Shown piece after piece: positions 1-13,223 of a stretch of DNA of 64,000 nucleotides. The notes beneath the pieces were generated by a model, which saw only the letters and a list, made by a program, of their open reading frames with translations, was not told the DNA's origin and searched no databases. Position 1 is the first letter of the stretch; the number at the start of each line of letters is the position of its first letter. The DNA is from the human T2T-CHM13v2.0 reference genome, Homo sapiens, in assembly GCF_009914755.1 (NCBI RefSeq), contig NC_060932.1; one strand, 5' to 3'. Made by a program: the position numbers and the translations under genes.

Positions 1-1647
1 CTAGCCTACTGAGGGTCCATAGCCAACCCTTGGATTTGAGTTGAGCAGAGGTGAGTTACTGTGGCTCATGCAGGGTCTCTCATATGCCCATGTTGTGGCC
101 AGATGCTGGCTCCTAGACACAGCACCCAAGAGTTGCTGGGGTGAGCCTTACCCCATACCCATGCTGCTGGCATCCAGGGCAGATATCCACAACTCCATGG
201 GCTCTGCACCACATATCAAGCGATCCTAATTAGTATCCTCTCAAAGCCACTTATGTGTTGCCATTGTGCTCTCCCTCTAGCTGGACAGGAATGGGCATTC
301 CTCGAGAAAAGACCTCCCTTCTTGCTTGACCACGGGCAAGTGATCAAGCCTAGTCTCCTCACTGGTGGTAAGTAAGAAAGGGTTCCTGGACACTGAAAGA
401 GATCGCTTTTCAGAATTTGGTGATTACAGCCTAAAAAGTTCAAGGGAATGCATGGTTGGAAGATGAAGTTTTCTAACTTTTTATGATAAAATTCTGATGG
501 GTAAATTTAAATTGACCATAAAATAAATTGCCATTCATGTTTTTCTGCATGTGGTCATTGTCAAGTCAGGGTAGTAACAACTTTAGGGTCATTGGAAGCC
601 CCCATTGGAGCAAAGCATCGTTACATATGTTATTAGGGAACTGTAGAGGCAAGGAGGTCTATACAGATTCAATGAAAACATGCTCTGAATAATGTGATTT
701 TTTAAACAACAATGTTTTTACCTTTGTCTCCAAGTGGGAAATATAACATTAGCAAGGAATAGTGTCTATGACAGTAGAGAACATGGAACAGTGAGGCCTG
801 GATACCTCAAGGAATCTTCACATGCCCTATTTGGACTATAAAATACCTCAATCTCTCCTCTCGTCTTGTTATTATCCTCCCATTACGTCTCATGGGTCCA
901 ATAATTTTGTATTTTTTAATCCAAATTGTTTGTAGAGGTAAGAACTCAGATCCTACACTTTCCGGGGCAGAATAGTCTATATTAACTTGTTTCTTTAAAA
1001 TTCTATCAAAGGCGTTCCTAGTTCTTCAAGTTACTATTTACCTAGACACATCATTCAGCTGGAGCAGGAGAATTATTACTATTTTCATATTTGAAATGTA
1101 GAGATGGAAGGAGAATTTTTAGTGACTAGTCCAAAATCATAGTAGCTCATCTGGAAATGGAACATATTTTTGTCAATGTTCTAATATATTTCTTCTATTT
1201 TAAGATAGTGAAATGGCATTAAAGCAACACTTGATCTCAGGTACTAGTAACAGAAAAGAGCAAAGCATATTTTAGCGAAGCAGTATAAGCTCTTAGTGAT
1301 GTATTCATGATTCATTGCCTGGCAATTTCAATCTGTATCTAGGAGCATATAATACTGACTATAAATGCAATTGGAAGGCAGAAGCTAATGGTGTTAGAGG
1401 AACGAGGGGACAGTCCCAGATACAGTGGAATGCTTGAAGTGGAGTTGTGCCACTTTTTCTCCTTCCATGCATTGTGTATGACGAAGAAGCCCCTCTGTAT
1501 CTCAAGACCTCCCTCTTCAAGGCTTGAAAAAAATTTCTTGGAAATATATCAGTGTTTAATAGCTTTCTTCATGTGAGTCTCTTATACCCTTTAAGATAAT
1601 CCACTAGCATTGAGGTATATCCACCAGAACTTAGGTAAAACAGGTGG

Positions 1648-1830
1648 CAATGTGGTGCAATCAAAGACCATGGGTATTGGAGTAAGATAAATCTGAGTTT
1701 GAGTCCTAGTTTCAGCCACTCTCCAAGTACTCACCTGCAAATGTGACATAACAATGCTTACTTCACAACACAGATAATGGAGGCAAAGCACCCACCATAC
1801 ACATATGTTCAATACAAAGTAGTTATTACT
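1648..1830 (+). mobile_element. MIR SINE, diverged, internally deleted
   Basis: ggagtaagataaatctgagtttgagtcctagtttcagccact resembles the MIR 5' region, followed by core and 3' tail remnants (ctcacctgcaaatgtgacataacaat; gttcaatacaaagtagttatt). Confidence 0.65.
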
Positions 1831-2308
1831 ACTGGCTCACTGTGTAAGTCCTTAGCTGATCCTAGTCACCATAATTAATAAGTATTATTTTTTGTGTGTC
1901 ATAAATCTAGGCAGAATGGAACCATGGATGTTTGGAAGAGACTTTGGTAAACACTTCATCATTCACATAATCTATGCTACCATTATGGCCTGAAAAATTC
2001 ACATGCTTGCAAAGAGGCTAAATTAACTGAGTGGACAGAGGAAAGCAAATGATAAAAAGAAATAGATGCTTAAAAATTCAACCATTTCTGCATAATATAA
2101 AAATTATACTCAGATGCTTACAGTCAAATTGTGGTGAGAAAAAGTCATAAAAACCGGTGTGAGATTCAATTAGGTGGTTAATTTTTAAAATTAATAAATT
2201 CATCAGAATCCTTTGAGTGAGCAGGCAGTCATAAATACATATGTGGAAAACCTTCTTACACTATTCTCTTTTTTCCCCACTAACATCCATTCTCTTCTAC
2301 ATGTCAGA

Positions 2309-3420
2309 CTTTTTTATTTATCTGTATTATTTTCCATTCACAAGTCATAATTGTATACATTTATGGAGTACATTGTGATGTTTTGTTTTATATATATATA
2401 ATGGGAAATAATTAAACCAAGCTAATTAACATATCCATCACCTCATTACCTATCATTTTTATGGTGAGACATCTGAAATTAGTTATCTAAAATCTCTTAG
2501 TTATTTTGAAATATACAATACTTACTATTGATTATAGTCACCTGGCTGTACAAGATATGGCAAAACTTACTCTTCCTGCCTATCTGAATCTTTGTACCCT
2601 TTGCCCAGCAATTCCCCATTCCCTTCCCCTTCTTCCCCTTCCCCCCTCCAGCCCCTGTGACCACCACTCTAGGCTCTCTGCTTCTGTGACTTCAACTCTT
2701 AGATTATAAAGATAAGTGAGATCATGTGGCATTTGTCTTTCTGTGTCTGCTTATTTCACTTAGCCCAATGTCCTTCAGGTTCACCCATGTTGTCAAAAAT
2801 GACAGAATTTTCTTCTTTTTAAAGGCTGAATAGTATTTCACTGTGTGTGTACGTATATACCACTTTTTCTTTATCCATTCATCCACTGATGAACATTTAG
2901 TTTAATTCCATATCTTGGCTACTGTGAGTAATACTGCAATGAACACGAGAATGTAGATATCTGTTTGACATACTGATTTCAATTCCTTTAAATATACATG
3001 CAGAAGTGAGATTGCTGGATCAAATGTCAGTTTTATTTTTAGTTTCTTGAGGAAACTATGTACAATTTTACGTAATGGTTGTACTAATTTATATTCCCAC
3101 CACAATGTACAAGAGTTACTTTTTCTCCAAATCCTTGCCAACACTTCTCTTTCATCTTTTTTATAAAAGCTATTCTAACAGATGTGAAGTGATTTCTCAT
3201 TGTAGTTTTAATTTACCTTTTCCTGATGATTGGTGATGTTGAACATTTTTCATGTACCTACTGGCCATTTGCATGTCTTCTGTTGAAAAATTACTGTTCA
3301 AGTTCTTTGCCCATTTTTCAATTATTTGTGTTCTTGCTATTGAGTTGTTTGAGACCTTATTTATTTGTATATTAACTACTTATCAGATTTATAGTTTGCA
3401 ACTGTTTTCTCCCATTTTAT
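2309..3420 (-). mobile_element. L1MA-type LINE-1 3' end (3'UTR plus ORF2 C-terminal remnant)
   Basis: T-rich tail, then L1MA 3'UTR (aattgtatacatttatgg...aagctaattaacatatccatcacctca); ORF 2902..3144(-) WEYKLVQPL..DPAISLL resembles the L1 ORF2 C-terminus. Confidence 0.9.
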
Positions 3421-3888
3421 TTTTTTAACCAGAAGCAACAATCTTGCCTCAAATCTTATGCTAACCACAGGATGCCTTCTTACATCATGTGAAGGAAAGC
3501 TAATAACCAATGCCAGCCCTAATATTTTTTTTATCATAATGTTGACTATGGAAAAGTTTATGTGAAAATTAATACTATTTGAAGAATAAGTAAATTGCTC
3601 TCTGGTACTATTGCACATGCTAGAATTCACACAGCTTTATTTCTTTTAACATAAAGGCTCAATATAGTTTTAAATATAAATGTCTTATCTTTTAATATTT
3701 TAAATAATTTACTGGAAACATCCTGAAGTCTCCAGATTATTTGTATCAAATAAAACTGCTGATTTTCATTTAGAAATGCAAAAATTGGGGAAAATCAACT
3801 GATTTTGAGTATCTATTGCTTTTCCTAGCATATATTTTATGTATTTTGTTTATGATCTCACTTGCCTGAGTGGCCAAAAATCATAACA

Positions 3889-4300
3889 GGATTTCTACTT
3901 GTGGCTACGATGGAGTTAATAAAACTAGACCTCACTTCCCACTGTGAACATGTAAAAAACTGGGAAAACATACAAAGGAAAAGTTTTCAGATGTGATCCT
4001 GAAGAGGATTACAAAGGTCAGAATATGAGCCTTCTACCTAGGAACTTTAATGACTACGGCATAGGGAGCGCAAACTCAACTCAAGCAGAGCCAAGTTGAA
4101 AAGACAAAGGCTGAAGCTCAAGGGGCCAGCAATGGCTGGACATTGTTAAGCAGCCTACTGAGAAAATGGAGTAACACAGAGAAAGGGCTCCAGACATCTG
4201 CATTGGGGCCCTCTCGCATCTTCAGCTGAATAATAAGCTACCTATTCATAAAATGATACTCCAAGATGCCAAGAAAAGAAACATTACTGGGAAAAATAAT
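3889..4300 (+). mobile_element. Ancient L1M (L1MD/L1ME-like) 5' end fragment
   Basis: gatttctacttgtggctacgatggagttaataaaactagac...aaaaaactgggaaaacatac resembles old L1M 5'-end consensus. Confidence 0.55.
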
Positions 4301-4372
4301 TTAAAAACTAAAATTACAGGACTTTACATTTTAAAAATAGGATAAAATCTTCTTACCTCAGGGTTGGCCCAA

Positions 4373-5292
4373 TTTCTTTATTATTATTATTATTTATACT
4401 TAAAGTTCTGGATACAGGTGCAGAACTTGCAGGTTTGTTACATAGGTATACACGTGCCATGGTGGTTTGCTGCACCTATCAACCCGTCACCTACATTAGG
4501 TATTTATCCTAATGCTATCCCTCCCCTAGCCCCCTAGCCCCCAACAGGCCCCACTGTGTGATGATCCCCTCCCTGTGTCCATGTGTTCTCATTGTTCAAC
4601 TCCCACTTATGAGTGAGAACATGTGGTGTTTGGTCTTCTGTTCCTGTGTTAGTTTGCTGAGAATGCTGGTTTCCAGCTTCATCCATGTCCCTGCAAAGGA
4701 CATGAACTCATCCTTTTTTATGGCTGCGTAATAATCTATGATGTTTATGTGCCACATTTTCTTTATCCAGTCTATCATTGATAGGCATTTAGGTTGGTTC
4801 CAAGTCTTTGCTATTGTGAACAGTGCGCAGTAAACATACATGTGCATTTGTCTTCATAGTAGAAAGATTTATAATCCTTTGGGTATATACCCACTAATGG
4901 GATTGCTGGGTCAAATGGTATTTCTGGTTCTAGACCCTTGAGGAATTTCCACACTGTCTTCCACAATGGTTGAACTAATTTACACTCCCACCAAGAGTGT
5001 AAAAGTGTTCCTATTTGTCCACTTCCTCTCCAGCATCTGTTGCTTGCTTACTTTTTAATTATTGCCATTCTAACTGGCATGAGATGGTATCTCATTGTTA
5101 TTTTGATTTGCATTTCTCTAATGACCAGTGATGATGAGCTTTTTTTCATATGTTTGTTGGCTGCATAAATGTCTTCTTTTGAGAAATGTCTGTTCACATC
5201 CTTTGCCAACTTTTTGATGGGGTTATTTGCTTTTTTTGTTGTAAATTTGTTTAAGTTCTTTGTAGATTCTGGATATTAGCCCTTTGTCAGAT
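4373..5292 (-). mobile_element. L1PA (about PA7/PA8) 5'-truncated 3' end
   Basis: (TTA)n tail, then tatacttaaagttctggatacaggtgcagaac...; ORF 4596..4847(-) TIAKTWNQPKC..WIKKMWHI..EFMSFAGTWMKLE is the L1 ORF2 C-terminus. Confidence 0.95.
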
Positions 5293-6266
5293 AAAACATA
5301 GAAAATACTAACTATAAAAGAAAAGAGATTGATATGTCAGGCTTCTTAAGATTAAAAATTCATCACAAAAAAGACACCATTAAGAAAATAAAATAGCATG
5401 TATGGAAAGAGAGAAACTGTTCACAACACATACCTGACAAAAGACATGTATCCAAAGTATCTATGAATGTCTTATGACTCCATGATAAGAATATACACAA
5501 CCCAATTTTTAAAATGTGGTAAATATTTGAACAGACACTTCACAAGTAAAGGATATATAAATGACCAATAAGCACATAAAAAGATGCTCAATATCATTAG
5601 CCGTCTGTAGTCCTTAGAGAAATGTACATTAAAACCTTAATGACTTACCGCTAAACACACTAGAAAGGCTAAAATTAAACACTGACAATAGCGAATATAG
5701 GCAAGGAAGAGGAACCACTGGAATATTCATATGTTATTGGTGGGAGTATAAAATGACACACCCACTTTGGAAACAGATTGGCAGTTTCTTAGAAAATTGC
5801 TGTATGATCTGGTGATATTACTCCTAGGTATTTACAAAAATTAAAAACACATATCCCCAGAAAATTTATATACAGATGTCCACTGCAATTTTATTTATAA
5901 TTTCCAAAATTTAGAAGAACTCAAATGTTCATCAACAAGGCAATACTTCTCAGCAATAAAAAGTGGTAAACTATCAACATATGCAGCAACATAGGTAAAT
6001 CTCAAAAGCATTATGTTGAACAAAGGAGTCAGAAATGGAAAGAGTACCTTCTCTATTATTCCATTTGTTTGAAACTCTAGGTCAGACAAACAAAAATACA
6101 GTGGCAGAAAGCAGAATAGTAGTTGCTTGGGGTGGGCGAGAATGTTGTGTCTGTCAATCATCATAATATAAGCTTGGAGGGTAAAAAATGTTCTATATCC
6201 CAATTGTGGTGGTGTTAGCAGAGGTGTATATATTTGAATTATATTTCATTAAAGTTGATTTAAAAA
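5293..6266 (+). mobile_element. L1ME-type 3' end, interrupted by the L1PA (left remnant ~4330-4372)
   Basis: ORF2-end motifs (ttgaacagacacttcacaag, aagatgctcaatatcattag, cactttggaaacagattggcagtttctt) and 3' end attaaagttgatttaaaaa. Confidence 0.85.
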
Positions 6267-7251
6267 GTAACAATATGTAATTTTAAACATATTCAAACAA
6301 CTTAGCATATCAAAATTTCACATTCTCTCTCTCGATATATATATATATATATTTTATTTAATGAAATTTGAGTTTTTTAGCACTTTAATATTATATGGGA
6401 TAAATTTATTTCCTTGCTTGTGTTAAAACCCATTATCCTGAACATGCACCCCTTCTCTGTAGGGAAAACAATGTAGTTATCAATTCTACGGACTAATCAC
6501 TGAATTAAACATTTTCTTTTGATAACACAATTGAAATAATCTTGAATATTACGCAGATTATTGGTAAAAGTAATTAAGGACTAGAGTAAAGGTAATTATA
6601 ATTTCTGATGGATGAACTGATAGGAATAAAGTAAGAATTGACCTGAACCCTCATCTAAAAGTAGAACAAAATTAAGGGAAATCTTAAAACTTTAGTTGTG
6701 TTTTTAATTGATTTTCACACACCAGTGCACTCCTAAGTACTCTATTTTCACCGAGGACTATAAGCAGAACTTTCCTCAAGGAAAGATTTTTGGTACTTGT
6801 GACAAGGCAGGAATCATATAAAACTATCTTCCAAAATACATATAAAATGATATCTTTTCTCAGACCTATATATTCTTAAAGAAATTGATTTTCTTTCTAG
6901 TATACTAGTTAAAATAATAATAAAGGATCGGTTTCCAAATAAGATTTATTCAAATTAGTACAGGCAGTCTGATTTGCCTGCCACTATGTTAATGGGAACA
7001 CATGTATACCAGACCTGTGTACTCTCATTTGCACAGATCCATAGTAACTGAAGTGCAGAGCAGACTTGGTTCAGATATGCACAATTTTTGTGAACGCAGT
7101 ACTGTAACTTTTATATTTCCCTATCAACATGTATTCTATGAATTAACATAGGTTCCATTAATTAATTTATAATTAATTAGAAATTCCATTTCTAATCAAT
7201 GGAACCTATGTCCATTGGTTCTTACATTAATTTGGGGGCTCTTACCTTAAT

Positions 7252-7407
7252 ATTTTTGTTTTATTTTTATTTACTTTATTTTATTTTTAAAAACGTTTAT
7301 TTTAGGTTCAAAGGTGCATATGCAGGTTTGTTGTATAGGTAAAGTCATGTCACTGGGATTTGTTTTACAGAGGTTTGTTTTACAGATTACTTTGTCACCC
7401 AGGTACT
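7252..7407 (-). mobile_element. Short older L1PA (about PA13-16) 3' end
   Basis: T-rich tail, then ttttaggttcaaaggtgcatatgcaggtttgtt...ttactttgtcacccaggtact; contains a small period-15 duplication of tttgttttacaga. Confidence 0.85.
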
Positions 7408-7419
7408 GTGTTTTGTTTT

Positions 7420-7600
7420 GGTGAGAGAGATACATGTATCTATTTTTAAACATCATAAAATACTTTGTTTTACAATGCAAAACAGCAGTCCTTTCTCCCA
7501 CTTGTTCCTACTCTCAAACCCTAGAGGCAATCATTCACAATCCTTTTAGCTGTGCCTTCTGGTATTTACCTCTATAATTTTAAATGATATGACATTATTT
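7420..7600 (-). mobile_element. Old L1ME 3'UTR fragment
   Basis: ccctagaggcaatcattcacaatccttttagctgtgccttctggtatttacc resembles L1ME3/4 3'UTR. Confidence 0.5.
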
Positions 7601-7849
7601 GTAAATAACATAATTATTTATAATAATATAAATTGATTGATCAATTGTGACCCCATCCCTGCTGGAGCTCTTTGTCCTCTTTTTTATTTTGGGGTTAGCT
7701 GCTTTTTCTTCACAACTTGCATTCCAGAATTCCCCTTCCATTCTCTCTTGTGTGGGAATTCTTCTTTCCCGGACCTGCTACCTCTCTTTTTCTTTGTTTG
7801 CTTTCATGTTTTAGCTAATGCTCTCATAGTTCCCTGAGGGATTGTGGGA

Positions 7850-8680
7850 AATAGTTTTTGGGGTATTATCTGTCTAAAATGGCTAATCTCTGCTCACATT
7901 TAGTAGTTTGATTGGGTCCAAAATTATATCAAACACAAATTTCCTTTAGAATTGTGATGACTTCACTCCACTGTCTTCTAACTTCCAGTGTTGCAGTTAT
8001 GAAATGCATTCTCATTTTGTTTCTTCATTCCTTATAAGACCAAATCCCTTCACTCCTCAAGCTCAAAAGATCTTATTTTTTTTATTTTAATTGTACCAAA
8101 AGCGTATGGTGCTATGTCTTGGTGTGTGTGTGTATATATGTATACGTACTTCATTTATTGTTTTGAACATTTGGTGTACCTTTTCAATAAGAAGTCATAT
8201 TCTAGAGTTCTGGGAACAATTCTTTTGTTACTTCTGATATTTTTCAGCCTTACATTTGCTCTGTTCATGCTTTTCTGTCAGATGGTACATCCCCCTGAAG
8301 TGATACTTTAATTACCTTTGACATCTAGTTGTACTTCCTGGAATATTCTTGCATCTAACAATCCTTCTATTGATTGTTCATCTCAGTCCTCACATTTCCA
8401 AAAGCTCTTTCTTGTTTTTCTTGTTTTCTGAGTGTTCTTTTGTTTTTTTCACACTCATGATTTTCTGAATATAGCTTCACTTTCTTTTTGAAAATTGGAA
8501 CAGTGAAAGTGTAGAAGTTCTGTTTTTCTCCCAGTATCATCCCTATTTCCATTACATTCCTTTATTTGTTTATTTCTTGAAGTCTTTGTTTTTCTATTGG
8601 AGACTTTCTTCAGGTCACTGGGGTTTCTTGGATACATATTCATATTTAACAGTGAGACACTAAAATTTGTGTGTATGTGT
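7850..8680 (-). mobile_element. HAL1 / ancient L1 ORF1-like remnant
   Basis: ttcctttagaattgtgatgacttcactccactgtcttctaacttccagtgttgc motif; T-rich antisense ORF1 composition. Confidence 0.6.
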
Positions 8681-8729
8681 GTGGCTTATCAGATGATTAG
8701 TTTTACTTTAGAGTAATCAGGTAGGGAGT

Positions 8730-9040
8730 CAGTGGTGTGCTGAAAGGTGGTTAGCAGGGAAGTTAAAGAGGGGACAAAACTGGATTTATGTATTTTCATA
8801 ACTCTTATTAAGCAGAAGTGATGTTTACATATTTTGTATACATTGTTAAGTTGTCAATATAGTCATACATGACCCATACAACTTCAAAACAATAACATTT
8901 AAAAATTATTTGTGAATTTTCTCTTATCATTGCTTTCAATCACATGAGTAGATTATATTAATTTTTTAAACAAAGTGGCAGAAATCTTTTAGAAGATGAC
9001 AATTTTGATTCTCTCCAATTTTTACTATTATATTTTTATG
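8730..9040. mobile_element. Possible hAT (MER63/Blackjack-like) DNA transposon fragment
   Basis: Begins cagtggtgtgctg, like the MER63 terminus; the rest is too diverged to align by eye. Confidence 0.25.
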
Positions 9041-9860
9041 ATTGTATTTGTATAAGTAATTTCATGGAAATACGTTTTTATTTCTCTTGGATGGAATGCT
9101 GAGTCTTACTGTAAGTATATGTCTAACAATTTAAGAAATAGTAAAACTATTTTTCAAGTAGACTGTACAATTTTAAATTCTTGCTGGCAATAAAAGGGTT
9201 TCAGTTTCCACACATTCTTCCCAATATTTTTTATTGTCTCTTTTCTTTATTATAGCCTTTCCAGTAGGTGTGTAATGGTATCTCATTATGGTTTCAATGT
9301 ACATTTCCCTAATGACTAACAATATTGGCACCTTTTCATGTGCTTATTGGACATTTGGATATCATCTTTAGTAAAATGTGTATTCATATCTTTGGCCCAT
9401 ATTTTAAAAGGATTGTTAGTTTTCCTGTTATTGAGTTTTTATAGTTATTGGTAAATTCTTAGTAGTTCTTTACTAGATGTACGACTTTAAATATACTTTC
9501 TCCTAGTTTGTGTTGTCTTTTCATTTTCTTAATGATGTCTTTTTAAGCATAAAAGTTTTAAATTTTGATTAAGTTCATTTTATCAAACTCCTTTTAAATA
9601 GATCATGCTTTTGGTGTTTTACCTAAAAACTGCTTAACCCAAGGTCACAAAATGTTCTTTTATGTGTTCTCTAGAAATATCATAGTTTAAGCATGTACAT
9701 TTATATACTCAGTTTGTTTTGAGTTAATTTTTGTGTACTGCATGAAGTAAAGGTCTAAATTAATTTTTGCATATGCATATTCAATTGTCTCTGTAGTAAT
9801 TTTTGACTATCCCTTTCTCAATGAATTTTCTAGGCATCTTTATTAAAATCAAATGACCAT
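9040..9860 (-). mobile_element. Old L1M (MC/ME) ORF2 3' region
   Basis: gtgtaatggtatctcattatggtttcaatgtacatttccctaatgactaac...ttttcatgtgcttattgg; aacccaaggtcacaaaatgtt. Confidence 0.8.
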
Positions 9861-10149
9861 TAATTTAAACCTCATGGAGTATATAAATAATAAAATATAT
9901 GATTGTAATTATTATTTCCTTTTTGAACTATGAGTTTTTAGAAAGAACAAATCAAAATTTGAAATTGTTGAGTGGCTTGTTTCTTCCCAACTTGTTAAAA
10001 ATTTTTTTTGGCTTTGTTAAGTTGTCATTGTAAATATGGTTTATCTTATGTCTATATTTTGAGTTTATTGAGGTATTTTTGGGCATAATATAGGATGAAG
10101 TTTTAAAGCAATTAGATAAAAGGAATATTTTTATTTAGCTCTCTTAGCC

Positions 10150-12129
10150 TAGTGTTTTCTCTATGGAAATGTTTTAAGCAAAAAAAAAAAAAAACTTGAG
10201 TTCTTTAATAGATATAGGGCTATTTGAATTATCTATTACTTTTTTAGTGAACTATGGTAGTTTTTGTTTCTAAAGAGATTGGTCCATTTTATCTAAGTTA
10301 TTGAATTTATAGTATTAAGCTCATTTTAGTCTTCTAATAACTGTAGAATCTCAATTGATGTCTTGCCTCTCATTCTTGATATTGGTAATTTGTACTTTCT
10401 TCTCTCTCTTTCTTTCTGCTCTCCTGATTGGTCTGGTTAAAAAATTATCAATGTTATTGAACTTCTCAAAGAACTACTTTTGGCTTCATTTATTTTCTCT
10501 AGTGTTTCTCTGTTTTCTAATTCATCATTTTCTACTCTGACCTTAAAGCTTTTTTAACTCTTTATTTTAGAGTTAATATGTTTGTTTTCTAGTTTTTAAA
10601 GGTCAGACTGTTGGTGATTAATTTCATCATCCTTTTTTTCATAATATAGGCATTTAGTGGTATAAATTTTTCCCAAATTACTACTTTAGTGGAATTTCCA
10701 AAACTCAAACATGTTGTGTTTTCCCTTTCAAAAAAGTTTCTCGTTACCATTTTGATTTCTTCTCATGACATGTGTTATTTAAGAGGATGGTATTTAATTT
10801 GTAAATAATTATAAATGTCCCAACTTTTCTTCAGCTATTCATTTCCAGTTTCATTTTATTGTGGTTGAAGGACATAATTTTTATTATTTCAGTCCTTCTA
10901 AATTTACTGAGACTTGTTTTATGACTTAAAAATGGCTTATCTTACAAATATTCTATGTACTCTTGAAAAGAATATGTTTTCTCCTATTTCATGAATTATT
11001 CTATAACTGCACATTGGTTAATAGTGTCATTCAAATCTTCTGTATTCTAACTGATTTTCTGTTACTTGTTCTATGCATTATTGAGAGGAAAATATTGAAA
11101 TCTCTGACAATAATTGTGAGTTTGTCTGTTTCTATTTCTAATTCTCTGTTTTTACTTCACATATTTTGAGGCTATGTTATTAGTAGCATGCACATTTAGG
11201 ATTTTTATGTACTTTTGATTATTTGACCCATTTGTCATTATCTTGTGACCTTCTTTCTGCCAGAAAATGTCTTTTGCACTGAAGTCTATTTTCTGAGATA
11301 TTAATATAGTCACTACAGCCTTCTTTTGAATACCATTAGCATAGCATATAGTTTTATATACTTACACTTTTCACTTATAAATTTCTTTATATTTAAAGTT
11401 TGTTTCTTTTAGGCAGCAGTACATATGTTGGCCTTGTTTCTTTACCCAAGCTATCTCTGACTTATTTGTAATGTTTAGACCATTTACATTTAATGTGATT
11501 ATTCATGTGGCTAGATCAATTATATCATCTTCATATTTGGTTTTTTATTTGTTTTGTCTATTCTTAATTCCCTTTTCTTCCTTTCATGTCTTCTTAATTG
11601 CACATTTCTTCTTATTATATTTTATTAACTTTGACTGCTTATCAACCAAAACTCTGTTTTGTTATTATAGTGGTTGCTTTGGAGTTACACAATATATCAT
11701 TAACTTAGCAGAGTCTACTTTCAAGTGATGTTTTATATCACTTCATATATAAATATTATACTTCTATTTTTCCTATTGGTTTTTATGTTATTGTTGTCAT
11801 ATATTGACTTCTACATATGTCATTAACCTCACAATACAGTGTTGTTACTATTATTTATACAGTCAATTAATTTTACAAAACTTAAATTATCAGAAAGAAA
11901 CTCTTGTGTGTTTATACATGCAAGGACAATTTCTGGTCCTTACATGCAATGGAGATTTCTTTTTGTAGATCCATGTTTCCATCTAATGTCATTTTCCTTC
12001 TGCCTGAAGGACTTTAATATTGTTAGAAGGCTGGTCTACTGGTAATGAATTTTTACAACTTTTCTGTGTCTGAAAATATCTTCATGTTGTCTTTGCTTTC
12101 AAAGGCTGTTTTCACTGGGTAGAGAATTT
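10150..12129 (-). mobile_element. Old L1M (L1MC/L1M4-like) ORF2/ORF1 body, left part
   Basis: Degenerate antisense ORF2 motifs (ggtccattttatctaagttattgaattt; atgtttagaccatttacatttaatgtgattatt); continues after the L1MB insert. Confidence 0.8.
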
Positions 12130-12135
12130 TAAGTA

Positions 12136-13217
12136 CAAGCAACAAAAAAAGAATAGATAAATTTGACTTCATAAAAATAAAAACTTTTGTGCTTCAAAGT
12201 ACTATCAGATAAGTAAGCAGACAACTCACAGAATGAAATAACATATTTATAAATCACATATCTGAGAAAGGTCTAGTGGCCAAAATATGTAAAGAACACT
12301 TACAACTATGCAATGAAAAGGCAAACAACCCAACTTAGAAATGGATGAAATACATGAATAAACATTTCTCCAAAGAATGTATACAAATGGACAATAAGCC
12401 CATGAAAAGATGCCAAACATTATTAGTCATTAGAGAAACACAAATCAAAACTACAATGAGATACCAATTCTTACACATTAAGTTGGCCATTATCAACAAA
12501 ATGGAAAATAGCAAGTGTTTGCAAGGATATATGGAAAAATTGGAACCCTCATACATTGTTGATAAAGTTGTAAATGGTGAAGCTGCTGTGGAAAATAGTT
12601 GGGCAGGTAAACATAAATAAAAGTTAGCCTATTATCTAGCAGTTCCATTCTTAGGTATACGTCCTAAAGAATTTATGTCCAAGAGAATTGAAAGCATTTG
12701 TCACACAAAAACCTTGTACACACATATTCATAGCAATATTATTCATGATAGTCAAAATATGAAATCCATGCAAATGTCCATCAGCTGATAAATGCACAAA
12801 CAAAATGTGGTATACCCATACAATGGAATATCATTCAGCCTTAAAAAAGAATGGACTACTGATTCATGCTACAACATAGATGAACCTTGAAAACATTATG
12901 CTAAGTGAATGAAGTCAGACAAAAAAAAAGAAACATGCACTTCATGACTCCATTTATATAAAATGTTCGCAAATCTATAGGAACAGGAAGTAGATTTGTT
13001 GTTTCTCGGGGAAGAGGGAGAGGGAAATTGAGAAATATGGGGCTTCTTTTTGTGTGACTGAAAAGTTTTAGAATTAGACAGTGGTTATAATTGCATATAT
13101 TGTGAATATACTAAAATCTAAATTGTGTACTTTAAAATGGTTAAAATATTAATATTTGTTATGCAGATTTTATCTAAATAAAAATCATATACACATATAC
13201 ACACATATATGTATACA
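12136..13217 (+). mobile_element. L1MB-type 3' end inserted in the older L1M
   Basis: ORF 12345..12620 (HFSKECIQMDNKPMKRC..IRETQIKTTMRY) is L1 ORF2; L1MB 3'UTR; AATAAA near 13177; (CATATA)-like tail; candidate TSD TAAGTA 12130-12135 / 13218-13223. Confidence 0.9.
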
Positions 13218-13223
13218 TAAGTA

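Noticed and set aside
2902-12620. ORFs similar to L1 ORF2 (2902, 4596, 12345)
   Set aside because: Short remnants of 5'-truncated L1 copies; no intact ORF1/ORF2, so not active elements or genes
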